64,000 nt of DNA. Source: Microbotryum violaceum (lineage: Eukaryota). Below are positions 1 to 13,413 of the stretch, in pieces (position 1 is the first letter of the stretch; each line of letters begins with the position of its first letter). The notes under the pieces are model-generated. The model saw only the letters and a program-made list of their open reading frames with translations. It was not told where the DNA came from and did not search any database. The stretch lies in contig CDLV01000015.1 in assembly GCA_001244265.2 (NCBI GenBank), positions 930,001 to 994,000 of the forward strand, read 5' to 3'. The position numbers and the translations under genes are program-made.

Positions 1-935
1 CCCTTGATTGAGTAGAACAGCCACTCAGAAATGTAAACACGGTCTGCGTTGGAGTGTCGGACTGGTCTGCCAATCCGACTCTCAGACTCTCTCAGACTCG
101 GATCATCCCTGGGCCGCCGGAGCGGCATCGATCCGCCGGCGCGCGCGCAAGCGTCCACTGCAGGGCCAAGGAGGAAGTGGTAGACATGTGACCCGTGTAT
201 TTCACCAAACTGAACGCCAAAGACTATATTATACCGGCGTCTTTCCGACCCGAGAGCTCATCACGTAGAGAAGTCTTCTTCCTGAGGCCGGGATAATCAA
301 GATGATGGTGATGTGCCAGGCAGGGCACTGCAGTGCCCCCCCTTCAAGTGACCTGGACCGATGGTCTAAAACGACGCTCCCCATATGATATGCTAAACCA
401 ATCATATGAGTCGGATGGCGATGGAAAGATGATGGTAGCCGGAAGTCGTTCCAGTGTGTGGGGCACCACACCACCGATCGCGAGGGAGGTTCGCACGCCG
501 TCCCATAAGTCGCCTGTGGCTCATGCCGTAGCCGTAGAAATTTGGTGCGGCAGCGTAGTATTGATTCGAATTTGAAGGAAGATCCAAAATGGGCGTGTTC
601 AGTGAGGCACTTAGTTCGCTTCTCTCCTCGGCAATATTCTCGCTGCAAGGACTTGATGTGTCAGCACGCGAACCTGGTGACCGAGACTCGAACTCGGAGC
701 CAGAAGAGGTGACCTGCCGCGACCGATGATGGTGGTGATTATTCACAACAGCCAAGGATCGGGAAGTTCGGAAACTTGAGCTGGGGCTGGTATAGGTGCC
801 TGAAGGGCCATCAAATGACGTGGATTTTCCGGTACACTGGCGGTCGACCGTAAATTCCACCTGAAACCGGAGCTTTTCAACTGGCGTAGCACTACTGCAT
901 GGCCAAAAATGTGCCACCTTTTGTACTGGGGTACG
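1..935. repeat. Unclassified dispersed repeat, diverged homolog of 29177-30275
   Basis: Collinear similarity, e.g. cccttgattgagtaga...gtaaacacggtctgc vs ccttgattgaataga...gtaaacacggtctgc; tagccgtagaaatttggtgcggcagcgtagtattgatt vs tagccatagaaattggtgcggcagcatagtattgatt. No recognisable protein domain. Confidence 0.7.
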
Positions 936-1738
936 ACGACCGACCCTTTCTCTCTCAGCTGTGCTTCTCTAATCAATTAATCAGGCTTGATACAAAAAAA
1001 ATAAAAATGCCCCACACACGCGGGCTCACGGGCGGTACTCGCGACGCACGTTCCCCTTTTGGGCCTTCACTGCGTCGTCGACGTTTCCTTGCCAGCTTCT
1101 GCGGCCGCGTCCACCACCTGTAGAGACATGTGCCTTCCTCAGGCCTCACCCCCACTGCAAGACTACCGAGTCCCAGCTGACGAAGTCGCTGACCGAGCCG
1201 CGTTCATGTCTTGCTGGACGCTTAGTACAGCTGCGAGCAGCTCGGGGTGAGTGCCTTGATACATCTGCGCTTGTTGCGACATGTACTCTGCATTTCTATT
1301 CTTACAACTTAGTTGTACGGGCATATAGCTCTGTAGCTCTTGTTGGGCAGCACGCTACTACTAATTCAGTTGCACGGTTTTCAGCAGACCCTTTGCCTCC
1401 TCTCGCGCCATCTGCGCCGATCCGTCCTTCTACAGTGACTTGTCTTGTCGCAAAGGTATGCTGAGCCGATCGATGGACTTCTCCACCGTCGGTTTCAGCC
1501 GACTGTCATCTAGAAGCTTTGGTCGCAAAGCTCCAAATTGTGAACCCACCCACCGTCCCTATTCACCGGGTTTCTGAGGTTCTTTATTTCATTTGCTGAG
1601 ATTCAGTCGTTTGATCGAGGTTCATGTTTTGTTTTCGTTTTTTTGTTTGTTTTGTACACGCCAATGTTGTCCTTCGTCTTGCTGCAACTCGAACCACTAT
1701 TCCGCTACAACTCGCGCGAGTGGTCAGGGGAGTCGAAG

Positions 1739-1904
1739 CGTTGAAGGTGTTAGTAGTACTAGACCTTTCATTGATATCAGGGGCCGGATACTAGCTTAGT
1801 AGGTCAAAAGCTTTTCCAATGAAAGGAAGCGACCCAGGTTCGACACCTGGTCCAGCCGTTCTCTTCTTTTGTCGATCTTTACGGAATCATTGTTGATTCC
1901 AGCA
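1739..1904 (+). mobile_element. Short LTR-like repeat containing a tRNA-like unit
   Basis: Reverse-complement homolog of 28996-29152, which has TGTTG...CAACA ends; here CGTTGAAGG...TTCCAGCA; no TSD. Confidence 0.6.
1782..1858 (+). ncRNA. tRNA-like / tRNA-derived Pol III element (anticodon not assignable)
   Basis: A box TAGCTTAGTAGG, B box GGTTCGACACC, T arm CCAGG/CCTGG, acceptor GGCCGGA/TCCAGCC, downstream TTTT; small insertion before the D arm. Confidence 0.65.
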
Positions 1905-2479
1905 GCATTGTCCTTCCAGATCATTGGTCCTGATCACAAAGAGGGGCTTGAAGCCGGCCGCCCAAATAACCTCTCTACATGACGGGATCGCAGGGCGGAT
2001 AGAAAGTGATATTACACAGTCTTCATCTTTAATTTGATCAAACACACGAGTCACAAATCAACCACTTCCTCCTTCGCCTTGCTTCTGCTGTTTTGCCCAT
2101 CCGCCGAAGCATCATCGTTTCTCCCTCGTTTCCCACCGAGCGCGCCGACTAGAGGGTGACTCATGACAATTGAGGTCGCTGGCCTCGATAAGGACGATTG
2201 GCCCGATTGCGCGCACTTCAGTGCACAATGTCATATTTTGAAGACTTTACGCGGTGCATCTGGCACAGGGCACTGATAATTGAGCTGGGGTCTACTAGTC
2301 GCCGATCGGCGACTCGGATACCGTGCCCTCATCGCGCATTTAAACCCGAGCTGGACGCGCCTTGTCGAGTGAACAAACAATACGAGTGAATTCGAGTGGT
2401 GTTGTCCCTTTTCAAGCGCCGTTCCGCTTCCGCAAATATGCATTTATTTCTTCGGTCACGCAGTCTTGTATGCCGCGGC

Positions 2480-2692
2480 CCAGCAAGACAAATTGAAAGG
2501 CACGAGATCGCTGTCGAGCCTCACTGGTTCCGATTCCAAACTGAAAGGATTAAATGGTGTGATTCGCAGGCGAAGAAAGTGGACCAAAAGGACTAACTTG
2601 GTCAAGAGGCGCTGCGGCGCCGCGCGCGAGGTCAAGCTTGAGGCCGCTGAGGTTGGTTCAGAGGCGTAAGCGAAGTGCAGTGGCGCCTTACA
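2480..2692 (+). pseudogene. Captured fragment of the Ngaro/DIRS gag 3' region
   Basis: Reverse-complement similarity to ~32028-32240 (tcgagcctcactggttccga[t/g]tccaaactgaaagga...ggcgccttaca). Confidence 0.75.
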
Positions 2693-3008
2693 GATTCCTG
2701 TCTCCACACTGGCAGCAGGGCCAGGGGTATCGCATCTTATCAACATCAGCAGCGAACGGGAGAGAGGGTCTACAAAAGATTGGTGAATCGCGCGAAGGTG
2801 GGAAGGTGGCTGTTGAGTTTTGCAGGGCTGACCCCCGGGCGCGATAGCGGACGGTTACAGCGAAACAGAGCGAGGTAGTACGCCTTACTTTGGTCATCAC
2901 TTCTCATCCACTTCCATACCATCTGACTTGCTTTGGTCGTTTTGGCGGTCGGAACGAGATGCAACAGTTGGAAAATGATCAAATGAATGGCACACGTGGC
3001 TAAAGCAG

Positions 3009-5480
3009 CTACAAAATGATAGGCGAAACCGACGCCCTTTCCCGTCTCGTCTGCACAATCTCCTCAAGCAATTTCTCCAAATCCGCAACAAGCTGATCAT
3101 ACGAGAGCTCCCCTGAACCCCATTCACTCTTGAGGTATTCTTCTACTTCGACCCCGTTGTACATATAAGTTGACAAGTTGAGTCCGCAGTACTTCGCCAC
3201 AATATCGATAAGGTCGGGAAGGCCATCCCAGAAACCCAAATATGGCTTCAGCAGCTCCCTCCGGTTTGACTTATGTTGGACATATCCCACTTTGATATCG
3301 TAGGCACATTCTTCCCAATTCCAATCTTTCCACACCGCCGCGGCTTCTTCCGACAGCCTGCCCCAGCTTTCTGGTCCCGTGGGTTGCATGAAAACGACGA
3401 AAAGGATGACGTAAACGAGCGACTCGATGTCGTGCCACGGCTGATGCAGAATCGTGCCGACATTGTCAATGAGTTGCCTTGCTCGGAATGCGAAGGTGCC
3501 CTGTGCGCGGTGATTGAACGAGGCTCTGATCAGCGGTGTAGCACTGACACGCTACAGGACGAGAACGTAACCTCACAACTCGTTCCAGACGTGCTGCGTC
3601 GCCAAAGGGCCCGTCCATGAGCACGGCGAGATCATAATCGATTAGTACACCCTCTCCATCCGGTCCAACCATGATGTTTCCGGAAGAGACATCGCGATGC
3701 AGGATGCGCATGCGGTGCAGACTGCGCAGACCTGGGAAGAGAAGATCAATTCGGCATCAGATATCAAACATCCACTGCAACCCCAACTGATCCGAGCGAG
3801 ATCAGAAACATACCTTTCACCACTCCAAGCGCGACTCGAATGAGCGCCTCGGTCGAGTCCACGGTCCAGATTGTCTCGAAGCAGCGCTCCTGAAAGGCCA
3901 CCTCCATCGCCCTCGGCTTGAGCGCGGCGCTGTCGGCGTCGGACTGGCCCTTGAGGAAGTGAGGTACAAGGCCGAAATTGACCTCTCGATGCACGTCCAC
4001 AAAGTTCGTGAGACCTTCGCGCTCCTGAGGCGATGCCGAAGCAATCAGCAGCCGGATCCGATCGTGTTCGTCGCAACGAGCCTCTTCCACAAACGAGACG
4101 GTCATCGCGTACTCCTGTTCGCCGTTGACACCCATCCGTGTCGCACGAACTCGCGACGCCGACGTCTGCAACCCGAGGACTGCGCCGCTACAAAACACCG
4201 TTTGCGCAATCTCGACCGAGTCGATCGTCGACCCGTCCCCGAGGTGATGAGCGAAAACTGGCACTCGCGGCGGCAGCGTGGCGACCGGGAACGGCAGAGG
4301 TGGGCCGTCGGGCTCCCCAGGCGAGGCGATCTTCCCAAGGTCAAGATCATTCAGGCTGAGCAGACGCGTGATAAACATCGAGAGGTGTCCATTCGATTCG
4401 GTGCATTCGATGTCGGACGAATAGAAGAGACCAGAGGGGGTGTGAAGATAGAGGGTCAAGATCGAACCGTCGAGCGTGAAGCCGAACGTGTGAGAGCGGA
4501 TCGGTGACTCGGCAGCGAGCTTGCGCAGGTGATGCTTCACTCGCGTGGCCGGGTAGACCCACGCCGAATCCAAGGTGGGGTCTTGGCATATCTTCTTGCC
4601 ACCCAGTACACCAATCGCGGCCACTTGTTCCCAGTTGCGGAAATCGTCTTTTTCAGCGTCGACGTGATCTTGGGCCCAAGCCGACGCGAGCTCGGAATTG
4701 CCGTCGAAGGCCTGTCGCGACAGCACGACGAAATCGGGGAACTCGTTGGGGTCGTAGGCTTCGCGATCTTGGCGAAGAGGGGTTTTCACAAGTCTTCCTT
4801 GTGGTTCCTGTCCGATCCAGAGCGCGGGTAGATGAGGGACATCGAAACAACAGTAGGAGCAACATTGCGTTGGAAGAGATGCTCACCAAGTTCGGATCAC
4901 CTAACTGCCACGTGATTCTCGGCGCCAGGCTCTGATTCATCGTTGACTCAGTCTGGCCGAGATCCGCCGCGGTACCGTCGCGACTGGGGCTGGGGCTCAG
5001 GAAAAAGTCCCTCAACGAGGACCACTCGATTTCATGGCCCTGAAATCCGGTTCTGTCTTCCGAGCTGGAAGGGAACATCCATGTGCGCAGGACCCATGGC
5101 AGTTGAGCGGTGAACGAGCGAGCGAGAGGCGGCGAGGGCACGCGTGGCGGGACCTTCGGCGATGTGATCGGCGATCCCGTGGGCGACGTGATTGCTGATC
5201 CTGCAGGGGAAGTGATCGCTGATCCTGCTGGCGAACTGATCGCTGATCCTGCTGGCGAAGTGGTTGGTGATTCTGTGAAGGACCCCTTCGGCGAGCCCGT
5301 CGATGGAGCGGTAGTTGCTTTCGTAGAGCCACGCGATCGGCGAGATGCCGGCGAGGACGTGGTCGACGGGGGTGAGCCGGAATGCTGCTGTGCGACATCT
5401 CGGGCGGGGTGGGCAGGCGGTGACGCCGGCTCTGGACCGCCAACGTCCACGCATTTGTCGCCAGACTGCGCGCCAGCCAT
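3009..5480 (-). CDS. FunK1-type (fungal-type) protein kinase K1, allele A; 4 exons, ~744 aa
   Basis: Spliced ORFs give HRDVSSGNIM, GVLIDYDLAV, GTFAF, WHDIESLVYV; N-terminal S/P/T-rich region and FPDFVV; three GT-AG introns that keep frame (model worked out on the 45241-47712 copy). Confidence 0.88.
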
Positions 5481-5784
5481 CGACAGAACACAAAGAGAAG
5501 AGGCTAAGGAAAGAGGGAGGAGTAGGTCTAGACCAGCTGCAAAACACTGGCACGGCGATGTAGTTGTCAGTTTGTTCAGTTGCTTTCGCGTGCCTCAGCC
5601 TGTATCCGCGTAACCGACACCGAGATGGTGTCTTCTCAACATGAGCAGCAACAGGAGAGGTATCTACAAAGGCGAGTGGGGCCACGTGACAGAAGGAAGA
5701 TTGCTTGTGATGGTATGGTGAGATATGCAGGGTGGACTCGGGAGGGCTCCCGCGCGGACCGCAGCGACATGCCGCAAACGCGCT

Positions 5785-5833
5785 GACGCTGCCAGACGCT
5801 GCCAGACGCTGCCAGACGCTGCCAGACGCTGCC
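5785..5833 (+). repeat. 10-bp tandem repeat (GACGCTGCCA x~5)
   Basis: Directly visible; ~300 bp upstream of the K1 start; also at ~17343-17391 and inverted at ~44887-44935. Confidence 0.9.
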
Positions 5834-6798
5834 GGAAAGCTCAGCCGAAGATGCGTCTCGAAAACCCCGGTTTTTGGCCGATTTGTACACCGAAAATCCC
5901 TTTCCAAGGGGTGTATGTATTCCGGTGTAAGGCAAATTTATCGGGTTGTGTTGAAAAAGTTAATCTACCATGAAAAATTATAAATGGGCTCGAAATGTAC
6001 AAATCGTGCACATACATCATGATCGGGCTGAGCTTTTGCGGGCCCTACGCTGGCTGACGCTGGCTGCCTCGGGCCGAAACTGGCTGCAGCTGGCTGGCCG
6101 AATCGGCGCGTCTATACGGTGGCCGGGGCCATATCCGATCTGCGCCGAATGGACGTTGGTCGCAGCTCATCCTGTAGGAGATGCAAACACTTTGATCTCC
6201 TGATCTTTGACCCCAGGTGTTACTTCATATAAAGCGACACTGTACAGCATCATATGGCTTAAGGCGATGTCTGAAATCCAAACCGTTCTCTCTTGAACCT
6301 TGAAGGAAAATCGCCAATGTTTTGAGCCCACCACAGCGTCAAGCTTACCTGCCTTCAAGCTGATGGCACTCTTCAGCGATCACCGTCGGGCCCCCGTACA
6401 GCACACCCACGCCATCAACACCGGCCTACACGAGGGTCACTTCATATTAGACTAGTGCACTCTTTGACCATGCTAAGGACGCCGTTACGCCGTTAGGAAT
6501 TCGGAAGAGGGCGCCGGCCCCAAGCTCAAGCGTCCAGTCGCTCGTGCTCGGAAACAGAAGGGAACACCGCGATCCCGATCGCTCTGATCTGCCGGTAAGC
6601 GTTCTCTCCGGTCCTATGTACATAGTACTTCCGGTACAGATGGATGAGACTCGATGAATCCGCAGTTGCTGCAGCTGCGTCGGTTGCTAAGACGACGTTG
6701 AGGCTGCGGGAAGGCCGCACAGATCCTAGTAGTACCGATCAAAAGTACCCAATTTCGGGGCGTCAAGGTAATTATCTTGGCTCTTTTTTTTCTTCTCG
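5832..6798. repeat. ~1 kb unclassified dispersed repeat
   Basis: Also at ~17390-18355, inverted at ~43908-44888, and as an independent diverged copy at 49805-50782. Confidence 0.8.
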
Positions 6799-7014
6799 TG
6801 CATTGCGATGTATGATGCGGTACTTATGAGTATGCCGATCGCATATTCTTCGAGCTGAAGCACCACACGCACAGAACGTGGATGATCCTCAGCTCCTAGA
6901 GACGTCACTGGAAGCCAATACCTCGGCGGCGCCGGCTCGTCACGTACTACAGGTCTGTATTCTTTCTCACTATCGATCAACGAGACACTGGCTGATTTAC
7001 AGGGTGCGACTACT

Positions 7015-7503
7015 TTGATAGCGAAGCTGGCGCGTTTGAAGCCAACAGCGACGAACCTTCTAGCGGGAGTACAAACGGGCTCCGGTGTCATTGTCCGGCC
7101 CGGAGTGGCGGTGTTGCTTCTCAACGGGGGACACACGGCGCATTCGACTTTTCGAATCTCATTCGACACCTTGCCGACCTCGATGTGTCCAGTCGACAGG
7201 GAGAGTGATCTCCCGCTGATGCTGCGTACCACCAAGCTCATCATTTGGGATGAAGCACCAATGGCGCATCGATTCGCCGTGGAAGCGGTCGACCGTGCAC
7301 TGCGTGATCTCCGAGAGACCGAGGAGCTCTTCGGCGGGGTGACCACGATCTTTGCGGGTCAGTTGGGCTCTTCCGCCTCCGCTTTGAACGACGGCAAGCT
7401 AACAAGGTTTCCGATCTGCAGGGAACTTTCGCCAATATCTTCCTGTCTGCCAAAGGAACCCTCGGTCAAATCGTCGATGCCTCCTCTCTCTCTCTCTCTC
7501 TGA
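7015..7503 (+). pseudogene. Helitron PIF1-like helicase fragment
   Basis: GVAVLLLNGGHTAHSTFRI and LIIWDEAPMAHRFAVEAVDRALRDL...FGGVTTIFAG are PIF1 motifs Ia-III; Walker A missing. Confidence 0.9.
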
Positions 7504-7878
7504 GTGAATTTCACCTTCTTCTCCAGCCCGAGCCTCGCTCTCGATTCTCGACTCTTACCACATCCGTCCCAAATTTCGAGCCTCCTCGAGCTCGGTCCCA
7601 GACTTACCCACCTCGTCTGATTCAGCTTGCCCAACTACCAGTAGTTGGTCTTTCTCTTTCCCTTCTGCAGCTCGGATCTCAAAGGTCGCACACTTGCTCT
7701 CTTCCTTCGTCCTCGTCTCTTTGTGAGAAGTCCCTAGAAAATTTCTCGCCTCATCCCTCGTCCCTCGCCCTTTCAGCACCTTTGTCTTTCTCGCTTTCCT
7801 CATACGTAGGTGCCAATGTGCGATCTAGTCACTTCCACGCACTTCGTGAATAAGTTCGTTCGCTTTACTACCTCTCTA

Positions 7879-9042
7879 TCTATATATAAAAAGGTCGATC
7901 CGCGACCCATGTACCTAAAATCGCTGTTTTGGACTGTGTTGCGGCCCTCTGGACCGCCTATCGTGAATGTACCAGTACAGTATTGCGTCTGCCGCACCTA
8001 CCTGTGATATTGGCGTCACGACCAGAAGTCATGTACAACCCTTTCCACATTTTCTGCGCCATAAAAGTCGAGCTACAGCCCGAGGACAAGTTTTGTTGAT
8101 TTTTGGCGGGGTGCCCAACTATTGAGCAGTTTGTATGTATAGCAAGCGCGTGGGTTTGCATGACACTTCTCCTACAGAGCTCGGGCGTGGTCCCGCTGTC
8201 CGTGCGGGCGCGGCTTACGTTGCCCGATGCGCCGTCGATCACGTGACGTACTGTTTACAACGCGACACCGGTTTTAGGGGCCGAACAACAACATGATCTT
8301 CCAGGGGCTGTAGATAGTCCCGCGATACTCTCTCTAATTCTTTCCTTTCCCTCCCACTCATCGAATTTTCGTGACAACCGCGCCGAGTCTCTGGCGCGAG
8401 GATAGCGTACCGCCGTACCATGAGAGACCATGGGCCTGCTCGAGCTTGCTCAAGCGCCTGCTGCTGAGCCGGCTGCTCTCCTCTCCTCTTCGTCCCGTTC
8501 CGATCGACTGAATCAGCTCCCCGCGCGTGATGGCAACCACTTGACCGATCTTGGTATTACGACCCGCATAAGCGTCCGCCGTACAGCTTTGTAGAACGGA
8601 CAGTGTGGTCAGCGCGAGGGCCCGATGGCCGATCCGACGCTGAGCTCGCCCCACCACCACCTCTTCCTGCGCAGAGGCAAGTGCGCAGGCCTCGAATCGA
8701 GCTCAAAGCACTCAAGCCCCACGTTCTCATCCGCGAGTACTTGGCCCCAGATGGCTGTGTGTGCCCACTGCAAGGCTCGACACTGAGAGTGCAAAGGACG
8801 AACCGGACACTTAGGCTGCACTGGGGCCGAATGACAAAGCATGCAACCGTCCGGATCTCATTGCACAAGTGCTTGAAGCCAAGTCCGGCAACAAGCGACA
8901 TGCAGGCTGTTTCGGCGATGAATGTAGGATGAATGGACTTGTTTCTTTGCTGTACTTCGTAAGGTGTTTTCTTAACCTCTGCGCTGAGATCATGTAGACT
9001 GTTCGAGTATCCTGCTATTTTTTGAATTTGATCCTCCCGTTA
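7879..9042 (+). mobile_element. Internally deleted Helitron derivative (5' end plus Rep remnants)
   Basis: A|TCTATATATAAAA 5' end; collinear with 21143-21950 and 23420-23632 (RPDLIA motif region); the 3' hairpin seen at 23626-23642 is truncated here. Confidence 0.75.
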
Positions 9043-9218
9043 TTTCATTTAGACCCACAATCACACGCTCATCGCTATACTGAACCTTGTAAGAAAGCAC
9101 AAAGTAAACCTGAGTTGCAGAGACAAACGAGAAGTCATACAACAACCACTGTAGTAAACAACAATAATCTGATCGGAGCCCGTGATGTGCGTGACACCGC
9201 AACGGGTAGCTTATGTAG

Positions 9219-11314
9219 CTACTTTAGTTGCATATTTTGCAGCGCAAGCGTGGACGCCAACATTTCCAAATCGTGGACCAGTTGGTCGAGCAAACGAGTA
9301 GCTCCATCGCGGCCACCCCACTCTGCAAACAAAGCAACTTCTTCTTCCGCGATTGTGGTAGTTTCGCTCACCATACCCAATTCGCAGTATTTGATCAATA
9401 CTTGGACAATTGATCAATGTCGGTCCAGAAATGCTTGTACCGTTCTAGCTGAGATCGCCAGCGGGTTCGGCTTCGAAATGGGACCGACTTCAAGATGGCC
9501 AATGTCGGAACGATGCGGTCCCAGTTGCGCCATGTCTTCTCATCCTCCCTCGACATCCTTGTAGGGTTGTTGGGTCCCAAAGGGCGGCTTGAAATGACAT
9601 ACAGAACGTCAAAGACAAGTTGCTCGATCTCATGCCAAATTTCATGTTTAATCCGAGACTTGTTGGTCGGGAGCATTGCGCGGGCCATAGTTGCTAGAGT
9701 GCCCTGCGTAGCCAAACCGCTCCAAGTTGGCGGCCGTGGACTTAGCTTAGAGAGTCGTGACAGGGTTTTTACTCACAACCGCTTCCAAACGCTCTTGTTC
9801 GGACAGGGCATCATCCAAGAAGCAAAAACAATCCGAAAGCATCAGAGCTCCGGTGCCGTCAGGCTTGATCACCAAGTTTTCGATCGAAAGGTCGCGATGT
9901 AGTACGTCGATTTGGTAAAGACTCCGTACCCCTGCGGACCATGCGCCGAACGATCGATTGTATCAGTCCCTACGCTCCCCCTTTTATTCCGATGTGAAGA
10001 CCGACCTTTGACCGCGTCAAGTATTAGTTGCGTCAGATGGTGCGTGGATTGGGCTTGTAGTATTGATTGATACAATTCTCGATACTCGATGAACTGTGTC
10101 GTCCTTGAAGTCACACCACCTGACAGACAACCCGCATCCCCACCGCAGACGTCGGGCGGAGCAGTACGAAAAGCTTGAGGATCCTGGTAGATCGTCTCCA
10201 CCGTGGCAAGCCCTTCGATTGTAGTGGAGTGGAACGTGTCCAATCGTTCCAAAAGGCAAATGGTGCGCTTGGATTGCTCGCTTGTGGGAAACGAGAAGGC
10301 GACGGTCTGCTCGGGTGAGCGTCGATACGAAGCGGTGGCGCCATCCTTTTCGACAGCAGCAGGATAGTAAGCCGTTCGGTTTCCAGTCATCGCGTCCTTG
10401 CGGTTGGTCGGTGCCCACAGACGAGCTCGATGGTGAACGTTCGCGGCCGATCCCGCCGAGGTAGGACGCTGATATACGAACGGCGGCAGAGTGTTGACCG
10501 TCAGCGGATAGGCGGCGCCCGAGACAATTGCGCCGAGGTTGAGTTCGGTGTCGACCACAAGTCGGACAAGGAACCGAAGGAGGACCTTGAAGCCTTCGGG
10601 CCGCGAACAGTTGAACTCGTTCGTCTGGACGATCCCGCCCGGCATATGACAAAGCACTCGGAAACGATCCACGGCTAGGGTGAAGCCGTAGACGAATTCA
10701 CGAAGAGCAACTGTCGACTTCAAGCGATAGAATCGCCGAAGTATCTGCCGAGCGGCGGCGCCTGCCTTGGGACCGCCTTTGATCTCTCCCGGAAAGAGGA
10801 CCTGGTTCACCTGGCGACGATCGGTCGGATGTCGACCCAATCGTGCTTCTTCGCGGCGCCAGTCTTCATTCGACATCTTCCATGCCGCCTCGATAGCTTC
10901 GTTCGAAGCAAAAGTGAACAGCGTCACTGCGTCGGGTGCTTGATCGGAATGATGTTGCTGCTCTTCCGACGTCGGAACGGGCACGCTCAAACCCCCACTA
11001 GCGACGATACGTCGAACCGCTGGACCCTGAAGCACGAATCGGCCATGCTCAGTCAAATGCATCACACCACTTCCCTCTGTATGGAGTGCTTTCGAACTTA
11101 CAACAGCATTAATTTGGTCAAAGAGAGCTTGCATCGGCTCCTCCTGCCCCCAGGTACCAGCAAACGTAACATCTTCGACCAAAGCGTCGAGTTCGGGGTC
11201 GGGCGACGCTATGAAGGTGTGGAGATTGGGCGAGTAAGGGATTCTGCTGCCAAGCTCCTCTTTCAGGCGCTCATCGATAGGTGTTTTACGATTCGAGTGC
11301 AGCCCGGGGGAGAG
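9219..11314 (-). CDS. FunK1-type nuclease-like + pseudokinase protein K2, allele A (5' end uncertain; 1-nt deletion near 9406)
   Basis: APDAVTLF...FPGEIK, FVYGFTL, spliced exon HRDLSIENL...GALMLSDCF, GTLATMA, WHEIEQLVF; the frameshift relative to the 41 kb copy may be real or a sequencing error. Confidence 0.78.
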
Positions 11315-13336
11315 CTGTAGTAGTATGTTATTGGATCAAAGTTGCGCGGCACTGCTTCCAAACGCTCTGTCAGTTTGATAACAAGCTCACTGACCCAACC
11401 AGTCTTGAGTACAACTTGACTTACTGCCGACGAGCTGAGCGTACAATAGGCTGTGGTGAGTGGCAGACCGCGAAGACTGGCACCGGGTCGAGGATTGCAA
11501 AGATAAACGAAAACGAGGTCGGAGTAGGCCTGGGCTCTGCGAGCAGTGGTCGTGGCGACGACGATGCGAAGACGAACGAGAGTGATGAGGACCCGCGAGA
11601 CAGACAGGCGGAGCGCTGACGAACGTCTAACCAGATGCGATCAGAGATTTATCAGATGCTTGTGCTCGACTGTGAGGCGGTGCATGGTGCAGGCAGGTGT
11701 GTGGTCGGCGGGAAGAGAGGAAGAGAGGAAAAGAGGAAAAGAGAAAGAGGCGGGCTTTCCATCGACGTTCGTTCAACGTTCAATCCACACTTCGCAGCAC
11801 TTCGCCCGAGACACGCGCACTCACGCGCAACGCGCTGCAACGCGCGGACTCCGCACGCGTGCGATTTACGATTTACGCGACTATGACTTGGACGAACTTG
11901 ATATCTGTCAGCGTGCATTGTGGCAAGGGCTTGTCGCACCAGCTGGCAAGTTTGGTATCAGCCCAACTTTCGAATCGTGTTGTACAGTAATACGAGTTGT
12001 GAAACCACCGGCGGTGTCTATATCGAAGCACCTGGGTCCCGATCAGATTACCGTGTCACCTCAACATGCCTGAGATTGAATCGCAGTCTGCCTGCATGGT
12101 GCAGTGCACGTGGGGCGTGTGGTCGCGTGAACAATTTCCAGCTCCCATCATCTTTCTTTCTTGGTGACCAAAAAGGTTTCATGGGCATTTGTGAGCATCT
12201 ATTACAGAACTTGCTGCGTAACCCTTCCCGGTGAAGGCCTGACAGAGCTACCGGAGCTGCCGCAGAAGGTTGACACGGAGTCCAAATGGGACTCAGGCTC
12301 GACGAGTTGCAATAGCCTGGCAGCAATGCAAAGGTCTCAGGGGATGGTCTTTTCGGCCTTTGCTGCAAGGATGGTATATGCTATGGTGTTCCAGCGGATC
12401 TAGTGTTTGTTAGGTTCTGTCTTCGAACAAGAGTAGCTGGAATCTATGAACTTAAATCTAATTTAATTTTGACGCGCCGATTCAGGCTCGCGCGCACCGA
12501 CCCTTTCTCTCAGCTGTGCTTCTCTAATCAATTAATCAGGCTTGATACAAAAAAAATAAAAATGCCCCACACACGCGGGCTCACGGGCGGTACTCGCGAC
12601 GCACATTCCCCTTTTGGGCCTTCACTGCGTCGTCGACGTTTCCTTGCCAGCTTCTGCGGCCGCGTCCACCACCTGTAGAGACATGTGCCTTCCTCAGGCC
12701 TCACCCCCACTGCAAGACTACCGAGTCCCAGCTGACGAAGTCGCTGACCGAGCCGCGTTCATGTCTTGCTGGACGCTTAGTACAGCTGCGAGCAGCTCGG
12801 GGTGAGTGCCTTGATACATCTGCGCTTGTTGCGACATGTACTCTGCATTTCTATTCTTACAACTTAGTTGTACGGGCATATAGCTCTGTAGCTCTTGTTG
12901 GGCAGCACGCTACTACTAATTCAGTTGCACGGTTTTCAGCAGACCCTTTGCCTCCTCTCGCGCCATCTGCGCCGATCCGTCCTTCTACAGTGACTTGTCT
13001 TGTCGCAAAGGTATGCTGAGCCGATCGATGGACTTCTCCACCGTCGGTTTCAGCCGACTGTCATCTAGAAGCTTTGGTCGCAAAGCTCCAAATTGTGAAC
13101 CCACCCACCGTCCCTATTCACCGGGTTTCTGAGGTTCTTTATTTCATTTGCTGAGATTCAGTCGTTTGATCGAGGTTCATGTTTTGTTTTCGTTTTTTTG
13201 TTTGTTTTGTACACGCCAATGTTGTCCTTCGTCTTGCTGCAACTCGAACCACTATTCCGCTACAACTCGCGCGAGTGGTCAGGGGAGTCGAAGCGTTGAA
13301 GGTGTTAGTAGTACTAGACCTTTCATTGATATCAGG

Positions 13337-13413
13337 GGCCGGATACTAGCTTAGTAGGTCAAAGGCTTTTCCAATGAAAGGAAGCGACCCAGGTTCGACA
13401 CCTGGTCCAGCCG
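13337..13413 (+). ncRNA. tRNA-like element within LTR-like repeat 13294-13459
   Basis: Duplicate of 1782-1858 with one substitution. Confidence 0.65.

Larger units (their letters stand above)
939..7861 (+). repeat. Segmental tandem duplication, copy 1 (period ~11,557 bp)
   Basis: Near-identical to 12496-19418; ORF track repeats with offset 11555-11558; only a few SNPs and homopolymer indels. Confidence 0.97.

Noticed and set aside
1782..1858. Functional tRNA gene
   Set aside because: Anticodon loop lacks U33, there is an acceptor-stem mismatch and an insertion near the D arm, and it is embedded in a repeat; kept only as tRNA-like.
3959..5907. Overlapping and antisense ORFs (3959-4507, 4504-4935, 5032-5907, 5110-5613)
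   Set aside because: Shadow frames of the GC-rich K1 gene with no motifs of their own.
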